Of a stretch of 64,000 nt of DNA, positions 1 through 13,793 are shown in pieces (position 1 is the first letter of the stretch; the number at the start of each line of letters is the position of its first letter). Origin of the DNA: Octopus sinensis (lineage: Eukaryota); the NCBI RefSeq assembly GCF_006345805.1, contig NC_043015.1, positions 37,510,001-37,574,000 on the forward strand, written 5' to 3'. The translations under genes and the position numbers were made by a program. The notes beneath the pieces are model-generated. The model did no database searches and was not told where the DNA came from. It saw nothing but the letters and a program-made list of their open reading frames with translations.

Positions 1-73
1 ATGAAACAGTTCTAGTCCTGTAGAAGCTCCTTCTATATTATATATATATATATGAATATATATATATATATGA

Positions 74-114
<41 letters not shown>

Positions 115-137
115 TATATAATATATATTACACACAC

Positions 138-202
<65 letters not shown>

Positions 203-552
203 GTGTGTTTGTCTTGTGTGTGTGTGTGTGTGTGTTGTGTGTTTGTGTATAATTGAAAAAAACTTACGGTGATTATATTTACAAAAAGGGAAAATGTTGC
301 ATAACCGAGTACCTGGACACCTGCAGTACTACATTGCGCAGAAACAATTGTAGTGATTGAAAATACATGTCCAAACATAATCCTTCTTGTTGACTCCAAG
401 TTTTTTCAGTGATCAATTCACACTCGACAGAAGCCCAAACACAAACCTGGAATTGCATATAATACTACTACCGGATAGCACAGGGTAAACCTGAAGGTCG
501 AGGAGCTTTAAACTGTGTTCTGCTACGTTCTTAACAGAATGTACCCCATAAC

Positions 553-605
<53 letters not shown>

Positions 606-683
606 CGAGAGAGACAGACAGACAGACAGGCAGACAGACACATAGATAGCTAGATAGATAGATAGATAGATTGATAGATAGAT

Positions 684-745
<62 letters not shown>

Positions 746-750
746 TTCAT

Positions 751-961
751 TACTCTTTTTACTTGTTTCATTCATTTAACTGCGGCCATGTTCGAGCACC
801 GCCTTTTAGTCGAGCAAATCGAGCCAGGACTTATTTTTTGTAAGCCTATTACTTATTCTATCGGTCCCTTATGCCGAACCGTTAAGTTACGGGATGTAAA
901 CACATCAGCATCGTTTGTCATGCGATGTTTGGGGAGCACCAAGACACACCACATATATATT

Positions 962-1024
<63 letters not shown>

Positions 1025-1223
1025 TATATATATATATACATATATATATGTATATATATATATATACGACGGAATATATATATACATATATACGACGGAA
1101 TTCTTTCACAAGGCTTTGGTTGGCCCAAGGCTGTAGTAGAAGACACTTGCCCAAGGTGCCATGCAGTTGGACTGAGCCTCGAACCATGTGGTTTGTAAGC
1201 AATCTACTTACCACACATCCACT
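751..1223 (-). mobile_element. tRNA-derived SINE, family S1 (internal (TA)n)
   Basis: Reverse complement shows the S1 head (..GTGTGGTAAG..CCACATGGTTCGAGGCTCAGTCC..GGCACCTTGGGCAAGTGTCTTCTACTA), an internal (TA)n, and the tail (..CTCGAACATGGCCGCAGTT..GAAACAAGTAAAAAGAG). The same layout recurs more than 10 times in the window. Confidence 0.85.
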
Positions 1224-1728
1224 ATATATATATACACGCACACGCACAATATATGTATATATGACATCTGTAGCGTTATCACGATGAGAATTACACGTAC
1301 TGTGAATAAGTAACGGATATATTTGGTAAATTGATTCGCAAGGTTTTATATATTTTTTCCTTCTTTCGAATGTTGGAATGATGTTATATAATTATATTAC
1401 GGTGAGTCTATATTGAGATGGAAAAATTATAAGAGTTTTTGGTCGGTAAAAGATAAGATACGCTAAAAACTGAAGCCTGTATGTGTTAAGATAAATATAC
1501 GTAGAGATAGGAATGTTATACCTAGAAAGAGAGAAAAGTGGAAAAAATAACGATCCTAGTTTATGATCTCATGCGGTTGCTTTTGTCATCGTTTTTTTTT
1601 TTCAGTTTTTTTCTTTTTTATCGTTCCAAGCATCATGCTATATTCACGCTTCCAGTAATTATTGAAATGTATTTTTGTCGACTCAGTGTATCATGATATA
1701 TTTCACAAGTTATACATATATATATTTA

Positions 1729-1760
<32 letters not shown>

Positions 1761-2034
1761 AATATGCATATCTATATATATATATATTATATATATATGT
1801 ATATATGTGCGTATACATATATATATATACATATATACATATATACATATATATATACATATATATATATACATATATATACATACATACATATATTGTA
1901 CATGGTGAGAGATATAGAGTATAAATACAAGTATATAGATAGTTATAGACATAGTATGTATATAGAAAGTTGTACACATAAATAAACACACACATATATG
2001 TATATATGTATATATAATATATATTATGTATATA

Positions 2035-2155
<121 letters not shown>

Positions 2156-2659
2156 GTGTGTGTGTGTGTCTGTGTGTGTTAACTCATTTATTTTGAGTTA
2201 CACATGAAGGATAAACCGAACAAGCAATTTAAAGTAGGGATTTGTTTCTTCTCGGGTACTTTCCATAATGTTTGCAATGGAATAGCGGCAATGTGCAAGT
2301 GGTTTTGCTGTTGTTTATCTTCATTCTTATCACAAAAACATTGTAAGCACACCCTAAACACAAACATAGAATCACACATAGAAAAACATATATACACACA
2401 CTCCTTCACAAATACAAATGTTTGTGTGTTCGAGTGTGTGTCTGAGTGTGTTTGCGTATATTGTCACAGTTGACTGTAAAATTTGAGGAGGCATGTGATA
2501 TTAAATACTTAAACTTCCATAATAAGGAATAATCTCCAGAAGGTGACAATGCCTCCGTTACGGTCGAAACACAATCGGGGAACATGTGTATGTATGTATG
2601 TATGTATATATACTGGTTATTAGCACAATAATGTATATATTTATATACAATTATATACA

Positions 2660-3156
2660 GGAGCAGGGGTGACGATAACGTAAAAAGTTTGCTCCCCAAC
2701 TACATGATTCCGGGTTCAGTCCCACCGCGTGGCGCCAGGAGCAAGTGTCTTCTAGTATAGCCTCAGGCCGAACACAGGCATAATATTTACTTTAGGCGCA
2801 GCGTGTCTGTGTGGTAAAAAGCTTGCTCCGCAACCACATGGCCCCGAATTCGGTGTCAATTCGTGGCTCCTTGGCCAAGTGCCTTCTATTATAGCCTCGG
2901 GCCGACCAAGTACTAGGGAGTGAATTTCGAAACTGATAGAAACCCTTTGTATCTGAGTTCGTGCCCCCACAGATTTCTTGCCAACCGATCTTGGTGTGTT
3001 TACGTCTCCGTAAATTGACGTTTCGGCAAAAGAAGTTGAAAAATAAGTAGGCGGCTGACAATGAATAAGTCTTTCGATCGATTTCTTCGACTAAAGCTCT
3101 CTAAGGCATTGCTCCAACATGGCCGCAATCAAGGGACTGAAACAAGAATAAGAGAA
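2660..3156 (+). mobile_element. S1 SINE head fragment (2660-2772) followed by a degenerate near-full S1 copy (2794-3156)
   Basis: Two consecutive heads (CCGGGTTCAGTCCCACCGCGTGGC..CAAGTGTCTTCTAGTATAGCCTC), then the tail GCTCCAACATGGCCGCAATC..GACTGAAACAAG. Confidence 0.75.
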
Positions 3157-3296
3157 TATATGTATGTATGTATTATGTATGCATGTGTATATATGTGTAT
3201 GTGTATATATGTGTATATATGTGTATGCATGTATGTATTATGTATGCATGTGTATATATATATAAATATATATATACAGTTATATGTATATATATA

Positions 3297-3346
<50 letters not shown>

Positions 3347-3537
3347 ATATATATATATATAAATGTAAGTGCATTCCACTGTGAGTTGGAAGCACTAATT
3401 GATCTTTATGGAAATTACAAAATATTTTTTTAATGCTTAACACACTTTATCATTGTGAAAACAAATTTTGATATGCAATAATAAAAAACGTGAAAACCAG
3501 ACCATGTGTAACTTTATTCAACTGATATATTATATAT

Positions 3538-3577
<40 letters not shown>

Positions 3578-4989
3578 GTGCGATGCGTGTATGCATATTA
3601 TATATCTGTATGCACAGTATTATATAAATCTATTTGAAATATAGATGTTTGGAAAGTACGGAAATTCATAGAAACGTAAATATTTTTGAGAGAACTCATC
3701 CTTTAATTTCTATATAAAGCACCATTTATCATGACCATGCCATCCACTCAATCACAAGCACAATGGAGTTAAATGTATTAAGGTTGTTTAAGAATAAACC
3801 CTTTAAATACTTTAGTTCTGTGATGATCCTCAGTTTCCACGAACGTAACTTCTGATGTCCTTGAGGTTTATTAAGTGTGAATGACGTGAGTATAAAGGAA
3901 ATCTGACATTTCGTAATCCTGTTTTTGTCGGAGAGAAAAAATATATTGCGGCCATTTATGTGTTTAGGATATTTATGTGAATTTGATCCTCATAGTTTGC
4001 TGTATTTTCTATAGTATTTCTTTTAGTAGTTTTAGCCTTTTCAGGGCGGGTAGGGGTTGATCATCTATACTTATGGTGATCAACTATGCATTTGATTTCC
4101 ACCAAGAGGGCGTCTGTAGCTGTCAGCAACGGTTAGGAATTCTTGAGACTCATTTTGAATGTTTTGTTTTATCTAATACCTTAAAATTCTAGCGGATTAT
4201 TGATACCTAAGAATGCGCAACGGCAATTATATAGATTGACTCAATCTTGTTGATCACATTAAGCATAGCGCGCTCTATTCTTCAGAACCTCTCACTGAAT
4301 TACTTTCTGATAATCGATTTCACTATGCGGTTCTCTGCTTAGTAAGTCTTTCACTTCACCAGATACTTACACACAAAATTCAGTTACAAGTTTTGCATTT
4401 CTTGGGGCAATTTTAATGCATAATTTTAAACATTCTTGAAGTCTACACTCTTGAAAAGATAAACAGTAGAGACGAAGAATAGCAGGACTGGTTTGTGCCT
4501 GTAACATCATTCCGAAAATTCCAGCAAGGGTTTCTTTGCCATAAAACATATGAAAGTCTTTTAAGAGAGAAAATCTGCTGCTGTCTGTATGGTTTTCCTT
4601 ACGTTGGAAATATGTACACGAATCGTCAGGTATTTTTTAACCATTCAGCAACATAGAATGCATCTAAATTTCGGAACTACGCAATCTTCAAATTTATCGT
4701 TTGGTACTAGCAGAATCAATAGAACGTTGAGTGCAATGTCTTTGGGTATTTCTTCCATCTCATTGGATTCTGAGTTTAGTTCTTTCTTTCATCAGCTTTG
4801 CCTTTCCTCACTTCGGGTTCAATAAAATTCAGCAGAAACCAAGTACTGATATTGCATAACCTATATCCCTCAAATTTGCTGATCTTGTACATAAATCAGA
4901 AACCATTATGTGATATGGATGTGTGTGAGCTGGCAAAATCGTATAGAATCAGAAAAAAAACTTGACAGCATTTTTTCTGGTCCTTACCT

Positions 4990-5133
4990 CCAGAGTTCAT
5001 ATCCCGCTGAGGTCAACTTTGTTTTTCATTCACTTAGGTCGATATAATAAGTACAAGTCAAGTACTGGACTTAACAGCATTGACTAATCGCCACCCGGTG
5101 GAAGTAATGGCATTGTGCCTAAATTCGAAACCA
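4990..5133 (+). mobile_element. SINE family S2, degenerate
   Basis: GAGTTCATATCCCGCTGAGGTCAACTTTGTTTTTCAT..GTCGATATAATAAGTAC matches the S2 body seen intact at 62684. Confidence 0.65.
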
Positions 5134-5989
5134 GTATCGCATATGGCAGTCGAACAGTTTCTCTACGATAAAGTAACATGCGTTTATATATCATCACAAT
5201 ATATATTTTATAGCTTACTTCAATGATTCCAAAAGCTGCTTTATGTTCGAACATATCAGATCGATAAAATCAAATATAAGTTACATTTGCACTCTGGAAC
5301 CGCTGTTAGTACACTTGCGAATATTTCTTCGGAAATAGAATAAAACCTAGCAGAATCAGATTTATGGTTCAAACAAGTACATCGTGAATATACGTATTTT
5401 TCATATTCCAATATTTTCGCTTTGCAGTGGTATTCCTAGTTACAGTAGTTTCATCATCATCATCATCAGCATCATCATCATCATCATCATTGTTATCGTC
5501 ATTAAATCTCTTATTGTTATTTATAAAATTATAATAAAGGAAACAGTGTTTTTATAATTATTAATATATTTATGTTGTTGTTATTATTGTTATTGGTCAA
5601 AACAATATCTTCTGGTATACAAACGAATATCAAGAATGATTTCGAGTGAGCGAATGATAAATGTGAATAAATGAGAAAGAGAGAGGAGGGAGAGAGAGAG
5701 AGAGAAACAGCATGAGGCTAATGTTTTGTATATTATCGACAATATTGCTAGATAAATAATCCAATATGCGTGTATAAAATATTCAGTGAGCCGAAACCAT
5801 TTAATTCGGAAATAAAAATAAAAAAAGGAAAGAAAAATCATTGAAAAATAAAACAAAATATAAACGAAAAAACAAAACAAGAAATTAAATTAAAATATTC
5901 CCCAAGCAAATAGAAACTGAATTTGAATCAATAAGCATAACAAGAGCAAAAACATCAACATCACTAACAACAACAACAACAGCGACAAC

Positions 5990-6404
5990 AAAAACAGCAA
6001 TAATAATGATCAACAGCAATAATGATAATGATAATAACAATAATAATAATAATAATAATAACAATAACAATAATAATGACAATAATAATGGAAACAAGAA
6101 CAATAGCAATATTAAAATCAATAACTAAACTTAAAATTAATAATAATAATGATGATGATGATAATAATAACAATAACAGTAATAATGAGTATTATTATTA
6201 TAATTTTTAATATTATTGTTGTTGTTGTTGTTGTTTAAGATAAGAACAATATCATTAAAGAAAACGAAGGGCAACATCAGTAACAACAACAACAACGAAA
6301 ATGACAGAAATAACTGCAGGAAATCACAACAATCGCTATAACAAAGACAACAAAAGGAAACAACGATGATGATGATGATGATGATGATGATGAAAATGAA
6401 GATG

Positions 6405-6436
<32 letters not shown>

Positions 6437-6556
6437 CATCATCATGGTGATGATTATGATGATAGGAATAATAATAATGATAATAATGATAATAATGATA
6501 ATATAATAATAATAATAATGATAATAATAATAATAATGATAATAATAATAATAATG

Positions 6557-6600
<44 letters not shown>

Positions 6601-6635
6601 TAATAATAATAATAATGATAATAGTGATAATGATA

Positions 6636-6684
<49 letters not shown>

Positions 6685-6880
6685 TATAATAATAATAATG
6701 ATAATAATAATAATAATAATAGTAATAATAATAATGATAATGATAATAGTAATAATAATAATGATAATGATAATAATAATAATAATGATAATAATAGTAA
6801 TAATAATAATAATAATGATAATAATAATAGTAATAATAATAATGGTGATGATAATAATGATAATAATAACCATCGACGAA
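5990..6880. repeat. Compound trinucleotide array (AAT/GAT/AAC)n
   Basis: Directly visible; explains the poly-I, poly-N and poly-Y ORFs in the track. Confidence 0.95.
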
Positions 6881-7175
6881 ATGAAAAGTATTTCCGTTAA
6901 ATGAAAACAAAGAAATTAAATTGTTTCTTTTCACAAAATTTTTTTAATAAATTTTAATTGTTTATTATTTTTTTCTTCTGTTTCTTAATCGTTGATGTTA
7001 TTGTTTTTGCAGATGTTTTTTTCTATTTTAAGATTTTTGTTTGTTTGTTGTTTTTTTTTGCCTAGAATTGTGATATTTTAAAATAAATCTTGTTTGTTAT
7101 TTTCATTTCTTTTAAATGCAATTGTTGCTTAAGTTCTTGATTTTATTCCGGTTTTGAAATTCTGTGAGTGATAAC

Positions 7176-7206
<31 letters not shown>

Positions 7207-7532
7207 GTGTGTGCGTGTGTGTGTTTGTAAGTGTGTAGATATGCAGGTAGTTGCATGTGTGTGCTTCTCTCATGGATGTATACGGTGGCATTTGGATATG
7301 CGTGCGCATGCTGTTGAAAAAGAAATATTATACTAAACGCATAGCAAGAAAATCGGAAAGTTAAGCGAAGCAAAGATAATGTACATTTATATAGAGATGG
7401 AAACACGTGCGTGAGCGTGCATACCGATGGAAAAATATCAGGTATATGCGTGTGTGTGTGTGTGTGTGTGTGCATATAATATACACGCACACATATGTGC
7501 AAACACACATGAACATACACACACAAATATAT

Positions 7533-7573
<41 letters not shown>

Positions 7574-7830
7574 CATACATACATATATATATACATATAT
7601 ATATACATATATATATACATATATATATATATACGTGTGCGTGTGTGAGTGATTTTTGCTAAAATACTGTCATATTTTTACCTACACATCTTCGTTATCA
7701 AATATGCATACGTAATCATAAGCAATATGTATACATACATGTGTGTATGTATACATATTTATGCTTGTATCATGAATACATATTTGTGTACATACATACC
7801 CAGAGGGTATATGCATATTTACACCTTTAG

Positions 7831-7902
<72 letters not shown>

Positions 7903-9364
7903 TTGTGTGTATGTATGTTTCAAATATATCCAATATATACATATCTATTAGAGAGAGTTGGAGAGAGAGACACACACAGAGGGAAAATGAAAGAGAGGGA
8001 AGGTGAGAAAGATAATGCGTATATAGCGTAAGAATGAGAAAAAGCTAGAAAGTTGTATTCTGGAAATTAAAATTAAACTCTTGCCTTCTTTTTATATTTC
8101 CATTCATTTTAAACTTCGGAAAAGAAAACTAACAGTAATTCTTCACTTGCTAGCAGCTGCATATTACATCACGAAGTACCGCTACCTGTCAAACAACACA
8201 TGTTGACATTACAGGTGTCGCTGCTATTGTAACTGTGGTGACGGTTGTTGCCATTACTTCTACCGTTACGATTCGGACTGAGTGCATGAGTGTATAGACA
8301 ACCAGAATGTCAAGGCATACAAAAATAATCTTGTTGTAGGACAAAACGTGGGAAACATGTCCCTGGGCGTTATATTGGAACCCATAAAGTTGTGTCCTAT
8401 AAGGTGGATACAACTTCATCGATATATCCTGAAATGTGGTGGCCAATATAGTCTGCTACCGTGCAGATGGTGATGCTATGTTAGAGACTGTGCGTGGAGG
8501 ATGAAAGATACATTTGTGGTTCACGCTTAATCTCTTTGTCGACAGCCCAAGGTTTTCTGGGGATGGTCATCAGCGACAACAGCACAGCAAAAACGAATAC
8601 TAATACGAAAATAACAACATAGATGACCAGAACAAGAGAAAAACAGATGAGTGAAAACAAGAACAAGAACTAGAAGAACAATAAGATAAACGATAAGGAA
8701 AATCGACAACATCAACCAGAACAACAAAACAGTAAAAATAAAAATCAGCAACAATGGTCATGACCCGAGCAAGAATAGAAAGGACAACAAAAATAGCAGC
8801 TAATTAATGTAGTGTTGATCACGTGTAATAACCTTCGCCTGTTCACAATGTGTTCGAACTGTTACGTTTAGAAAAAACGTCAGCTTTTTAATAACATCGA
8901 GCATCTGATGTTAGCCAGAACAACTGAAATTAATGCAGCATTTTAAAAGACGGTGCACGATGTCTGTAGAAGAATATTTGGTTGCTAGTTCTGGCAAATC
9001 GTAGAATTGTGTATCCGCAGAGTTCTACGCTGATAGAAAATAAATAATTTTTACAAGTAAAATGTAATGATTTTGGCAGATTGAACACCGTAAATATCGA
9101 TGAATGATTGATTCAGTTACAGACAATGTAAACGGGCTCTAACGTTTCCTATGGGGAAAATGTTGCGCATTAAACTTCTCCGGATAAAAATAATTCCAAT
9201 TTGAATATACTCGGAGTATTTTAGCTTTTTTTTTTTCCTGTCGGAATTCAGAAACTGGAACCGGTAAACAAAGTGAAGGCAATAGAAAGACCCTATCGCT
9301 GTTGGATGGTTTTTGCCTACGGGTGATGCTGTATGTGGCTGTCTCATACAATTCAACGAAGCAA

Positions 9365-9372
9365 TGACGATG

Positions 9373-9412
<40 letters not shown>

Positions 9413-9590
9413 CGAAGACGACGACGATGAGGAGAAGGAAGAAAAAGAAGAGGAGAAGGAGGAAGGGGAGGAGGGGTGGAGGGAAGAAGAAGAAAAGCAG
9501 GTGGAAGAAGAAGAGGAGGAAGCGGAGGAGGGGGAGGTAGAGGAGGATGTGGAAGAAGAGTAAGTGGAAGAGGATGAGGTGGAGGAGTTG
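9365..9590. repeat. (GAT)n / (GAA,GAG)n purine-rich low-complexity tract
   Basis: Directly visible; a similar tract lies at 10180-10620. Confidence 0.9.
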
Positions 9591-10000
9591 AATTGTTGAT
9601 AAAATTATTATAATAGGTTCATAAACATACATACATAGATCCATATATATATGTATATATATATACACATATTACACACACATGTACATAGAAACATATA
9701 AATACATGTATACACACAAAGAGGAGGAGGAGGGGAAGAGGCTGTGATGATAACGATACTGATGTTGACGAAGTTGATGATGATGTTGAAAATTACGACA
9801 ATGAAAATGATGATGATCATGATGGCGTTGGTAGTGGCGGTGATGGTGGTATGATGATGATGAGTTTGGGAAGGGAGTAAGTGGTAGGGGCGGGTTTGGG
9901 AAGAGGAGAAAAATTGAACGACGAGTCCAAGCAGTGTGACTGATTGGGACGAGGATGCATTGGATGAGATCGATTGCAGAATTTATTAATTGCTACTTAC

Positions 10001-10012
10001 TTTATCGATTGA
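10001..10012 (-). other. Candidate 12-nt microexon (TCAATCGATAAA)
   Basis: Minus strand reads TCTTTTATTTCCCCCCTCCCAG|TCAATCGATAAA|GTAAGTAG: polypyrimidine tract, AG, 12 nt, then a consensus GTAAGT donor. A CTGAC branch-like motif lies about 35 nt upstream. Confidence 0.35.
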
Positions 10013-12255
10013 CTGGGAGGGGGGAAATAAAAGATTATGAACCCCGTCAGCGACGACGATGACGATGAACATATCAATAACAACAGCAACAACAACATTG
10101 AGAAGTGGAGAAATATTTGATCACACTGTAAACAATAAGACTCTGTGACAGGGAACCAGTTGTAGGATGGTATGGATGGTACAAAGGAAGAGAGAGAGAG
10201 AGAGCGTGGTGGGGGGAGGATAGGGAAGTTGGAAGAGGAAGGAGAGGAGGAGGAGGAAAAGGAGGACGAGTGAATAACGAGTAGGAGAAACAGACAAGGA
10301 AGAAAAAGAACAAGAAATAAGAGTGAAAAGAAGAATTAAAAGCAGGAGGAGGAGGAGGAACAAGAAGAAGAAGAAGAAGAAGAAGAAGAAGAAGAAGAAG
10401 AAGAAGAAGAAGAAGAGAATGAAGAATAGCAAAATGGAAGAAAATGAATGAGCCCAAGAAAAAGATCAAATATGGTAGTAAGAAGAGCAACAGCCACAAC
10501 AAAAGCAAGTAGTAGTAGTAGTAGTAGTAGTTGTAGTGGTGGTGGTGGTGGTGGTGTTGGGAAGAGGAGGAGAAAGCGAAGGTGGATTAGAGGTGGAGGT
10601 GGAGTTGGTGGTGGAAGTAGATGTGAGGTAAGAGAAGGAGATGGCTTTAGTAGCAGTTATGAAGATATACCTTTAGAAATTCAATTTATTTAATCACCTC
10701 CAACAGATATGCCAAAATCTGATCGTTCATTATCATTTATGAAAACACGGACACTGTGTACATTACGAGAATATACGAGATTTTGTTGATATATGGTGGA
10801 CAGCACTGAGATAGAAACACCAAGTTGTCATAGTCACGAAGGATGTAATGGAAGAGAAATTTTAATTAAAGGAGAGAAGAAATCTTGTGAGGCAGGTGGT
10901 TGCCAGGGGAGACAACGGAACGATTTGTGTATTGGAACGGAAGAAGACAAGAAAATTATAAAGAAATTGATATTAGGAATGTTTGAAGAATGGTTATAGC
11001 TTGTAGGCTAAGACCAAACCTTTTGGAATTTGCTAATACTAAAAAAAGTCAAAGAAAGAGGGAAAGAGTAAGAGAGAAAGAGGGAGAAAGGGAGAGTGAG
11101 AGAGAGAGAGAGAGAAAGAGAAAGAAAGAGAGAAAGAGAGCGAATGGATGACGCATAATTTATGTGAAGTTCCTGTTTTGGTTCTGGAAACAATACACAA
11201 CCTAGCGGTAATCCATTCTGGCTCCTGCAAGGGGAGTTAATTACTACTAATTAAGAATTAATTGCAAATAATGTATTTAAATTGTCATACAAGTTTTCGA
11301 GTCCATTCCCTGCTAGTGGTTGTATTTCAAAAACAGCAGGAGGGCCCCTGGTCGTCGTTACTTTAGAGCCATGAAACGGGATGAAATATTTGTTTAACGG
11401 AAGTTCTTCGGCTACCGAATTCCCCTCTGGTCCTTTTACCAATCAATTTTCCAGATAGAAACACATATCTGCGCCGTTTTGCCTGGTAATTTCGCGAGTT
11501 CCGTAATGACTCTCACACTGAGAAATATCCGAAGCACTCATACAAACACTCACATGGACACACCAGAAATAAACACACACACTCGTGTCCACACAGATAA
11601 ACACCTATATATCTGTACACATGCGTGTAAGCACAGAAATATACATACTCACGTATTCGTTATTCAGAAGCGCGCGCACACACACACACACACGCACGCA
11701 CACACTTGCATCCTAAACGTGTATTTGCACACATGCATCAACGGCGGAGACTAAGGTAAATGGTTTTGCGCGCACACACACAGACAACTGTTACACACGT
11801 AACTGAAACACCGAACGACGCATTGGCTCCCACATAGCTATACGCAGCCGCACCTGTATTGCGTACATACATTTTAGCAAACACGTGCATGGTGTCACCA
11901 GCCCTCACTCATACGTTAGCTTACATACAAATGCACCCACCCGTATACACATACAGGCGCATAGCAGACACACATGCATCACCACACACGCACACACGCA
12001 TTCGATGGCCATCCATTTCACGTCACTCGAGTTCACTCCAGCTCCATCCAGGCAGAAAGGTGCCAAACAGCTTCATTAGCCACACAATCCAAGAAACTCA
12101 GTTTGGGATCTCTTTTTTCGAAGGATCTGATGTCGCTGAACTTTAAATTCCATTTCTAACCACAACACATGACACGACTGGGCAAAAAGCGACCCAGTTT
12201 CCAGTAGACCTCATGGACATCTTGCATATCTTCGTTCGGCTGTATACACCTATGC

Positions 12256-12380
<125 letters not shown>

Positions 12381-12514
12381 TCTGTTTATCTGTCTGCCTA
12401 TCTATCTCTCTATCTATCTCTATATTTGTCTTCCTATCTATCTCTCTGTTTGTCTACCTCACTCTATGTCTCTCTGTCTACCACTTTCTCACACTCTCTC
12501 ATACACACACACAA

Positions 12515-12566
<52 letters not shown>

Positions 12567-12758
12567 CGTGTGTGTGTATACATATATATATATATATATG
12601 TAATATTTATAAAGATATATGCATATATATAAATATATACATATATTGATATACAATATATCATATTTGTCCCACCTCACATCAGTATGACCATGACGCA
12701 ACCCCGAAAATCTGACCTACTACTCGGTATCATAAGATGGTAACCGGCACAATGAAAT

Positions 12759-12937
12759 AGGCGTGGCTGTGTGCTAAGAAGCTTGCTTCCCAACCTAATG
12801 GTTCCGACTTCAGTCACACTGTGTGGCACCTTGGGCAAGTGTCTTCTGCTATAGCCTCGGATCGACCGCAAACATATATATGTATATGTTTGTATGTCTG
12901 TGTTTGTCCCCCTATCATCGCTTCACAATCGATGTTG
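12759..12937 (+). mobile_element. S1 SINE, 5' half
   Basis: GGCGTGGCTGTGTGCTAAGAAGCTTGCTTCCCAACC..GGCACCTTGGGCAAGTGTCTTCTGCTATAGCCTCGG. Confidence 0.8.
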
Positions 12938-13311
12938 CAGTCAATTATTGGAAGGTTTTTGCTCTCTTTCTTTAAACTTTAAAATTTAATTCGTATTTCA
13001 TTTGATTATTTACGAAACAACACCGATTATCTCGCAGAAGTTATTTACCCAAATTTCCTCATTTAGCCTAATTGGGTTATTTTCCTTAGCTTATTTCCTG
13101 ATCTTTGTAAAAATATATAAAAGCGAGAAAGGTTTTGTGTAAAATATTGTAAAGAAATACTCAATGTAGAAAATAATAACTACAGGTTGAAAATCGAGGA
13201 CCAATTATTTGTTTGTTCATATAGCAAATATACTTTATCAGAAGATGCCAATAAGTAAGTAGTTGTGGGAGACAAAGACGTTAATTTGTGCAACCAAACG
13301 TTATTTTGGGC

Positions 13312-13550
13312 GCACTGAATCATAAAATCCCATAGGATCTTTGCTTCATAATTTTCGATGATGCCTTCGGATTTATGTTCGTATCACTTTTTTGCTCTGT
13401 CAAGACCATACATGTTGCAAAGTGTCCAATGGACAACGCTTGCTATATTGTCATAACGTTTCTTATATTCTTTCTTGGTTAATGGCGTACATTGACTGGT
13501 AATATGCCATACAGTTTCACTATTTTGTCCACAGATTCTGCACTTATCAC
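13312..13550 (-). pseudogene. R4/Dong-clade LINE fragment B1 (CCHC knuckle region)
   Basis: Translates SDKCRICGQNSETVWHITSQC..KKRYDNIASVVHW..DRAKK*YEHKSEGIIENYEAKILWDFMIQC: CCHC finger, RHD-like motif and the start of the RLE, with a stop where W is expected. Bordered by (TAA)n at 13551-13576. Confidence 0.85.
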
Positions 13551-13793
13551 TTATTATTATTATTATTATTATTATTCTATGTTTGACTTTTGCTTTATAT
13601 TTGTACAAGTTGGCTCCAAGTCTCACCCAGAGACCTCAAGAGACAACAGGGTTGGAAGTTCATGTTGTTGTTATGCCTAGTGTGCCATATATTTGGGGGG
13701 TGGGGATGTTGTACTAATGAATGTCTAAAAAAAAAAAAGGTTTTTTTTTTTTTTTTTTTAAACCGAAAATTATGGTTGTTTTAAACCTTGAGG

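Noticed and set aside
268-399. Hydrophobic minus-strand ORF ending at a GTAAGT donor
   Set aside because: There is an in-frame stop just upstream, no convincing acceptor, and the peptide is unrecognised.
4240-4790. Stop-poor plus-strand frame (..EPLTELLSDNRFHYAVLCL..LYGFPYVGNMYTNRQVFF..)
   Set aside because: It has about five stops in about 175 codons and no family I can recognise. It may be a decayed TE or pseudogene but cannot be supported.
8189-8473. Short ORFs on both strands, one with a signal-peptide-like stretch (MFPTFCPTTRLFLYALTFWLS..)
   Set aside because: It ends in a stop with only a weak donor (GTAACG), so there is not enough evidence.
9333-9563. Acidic poly-D/E ORF
   Set aside because: It lies entirely within GAT/GAA/GAG repeats, with no splice or homology support.
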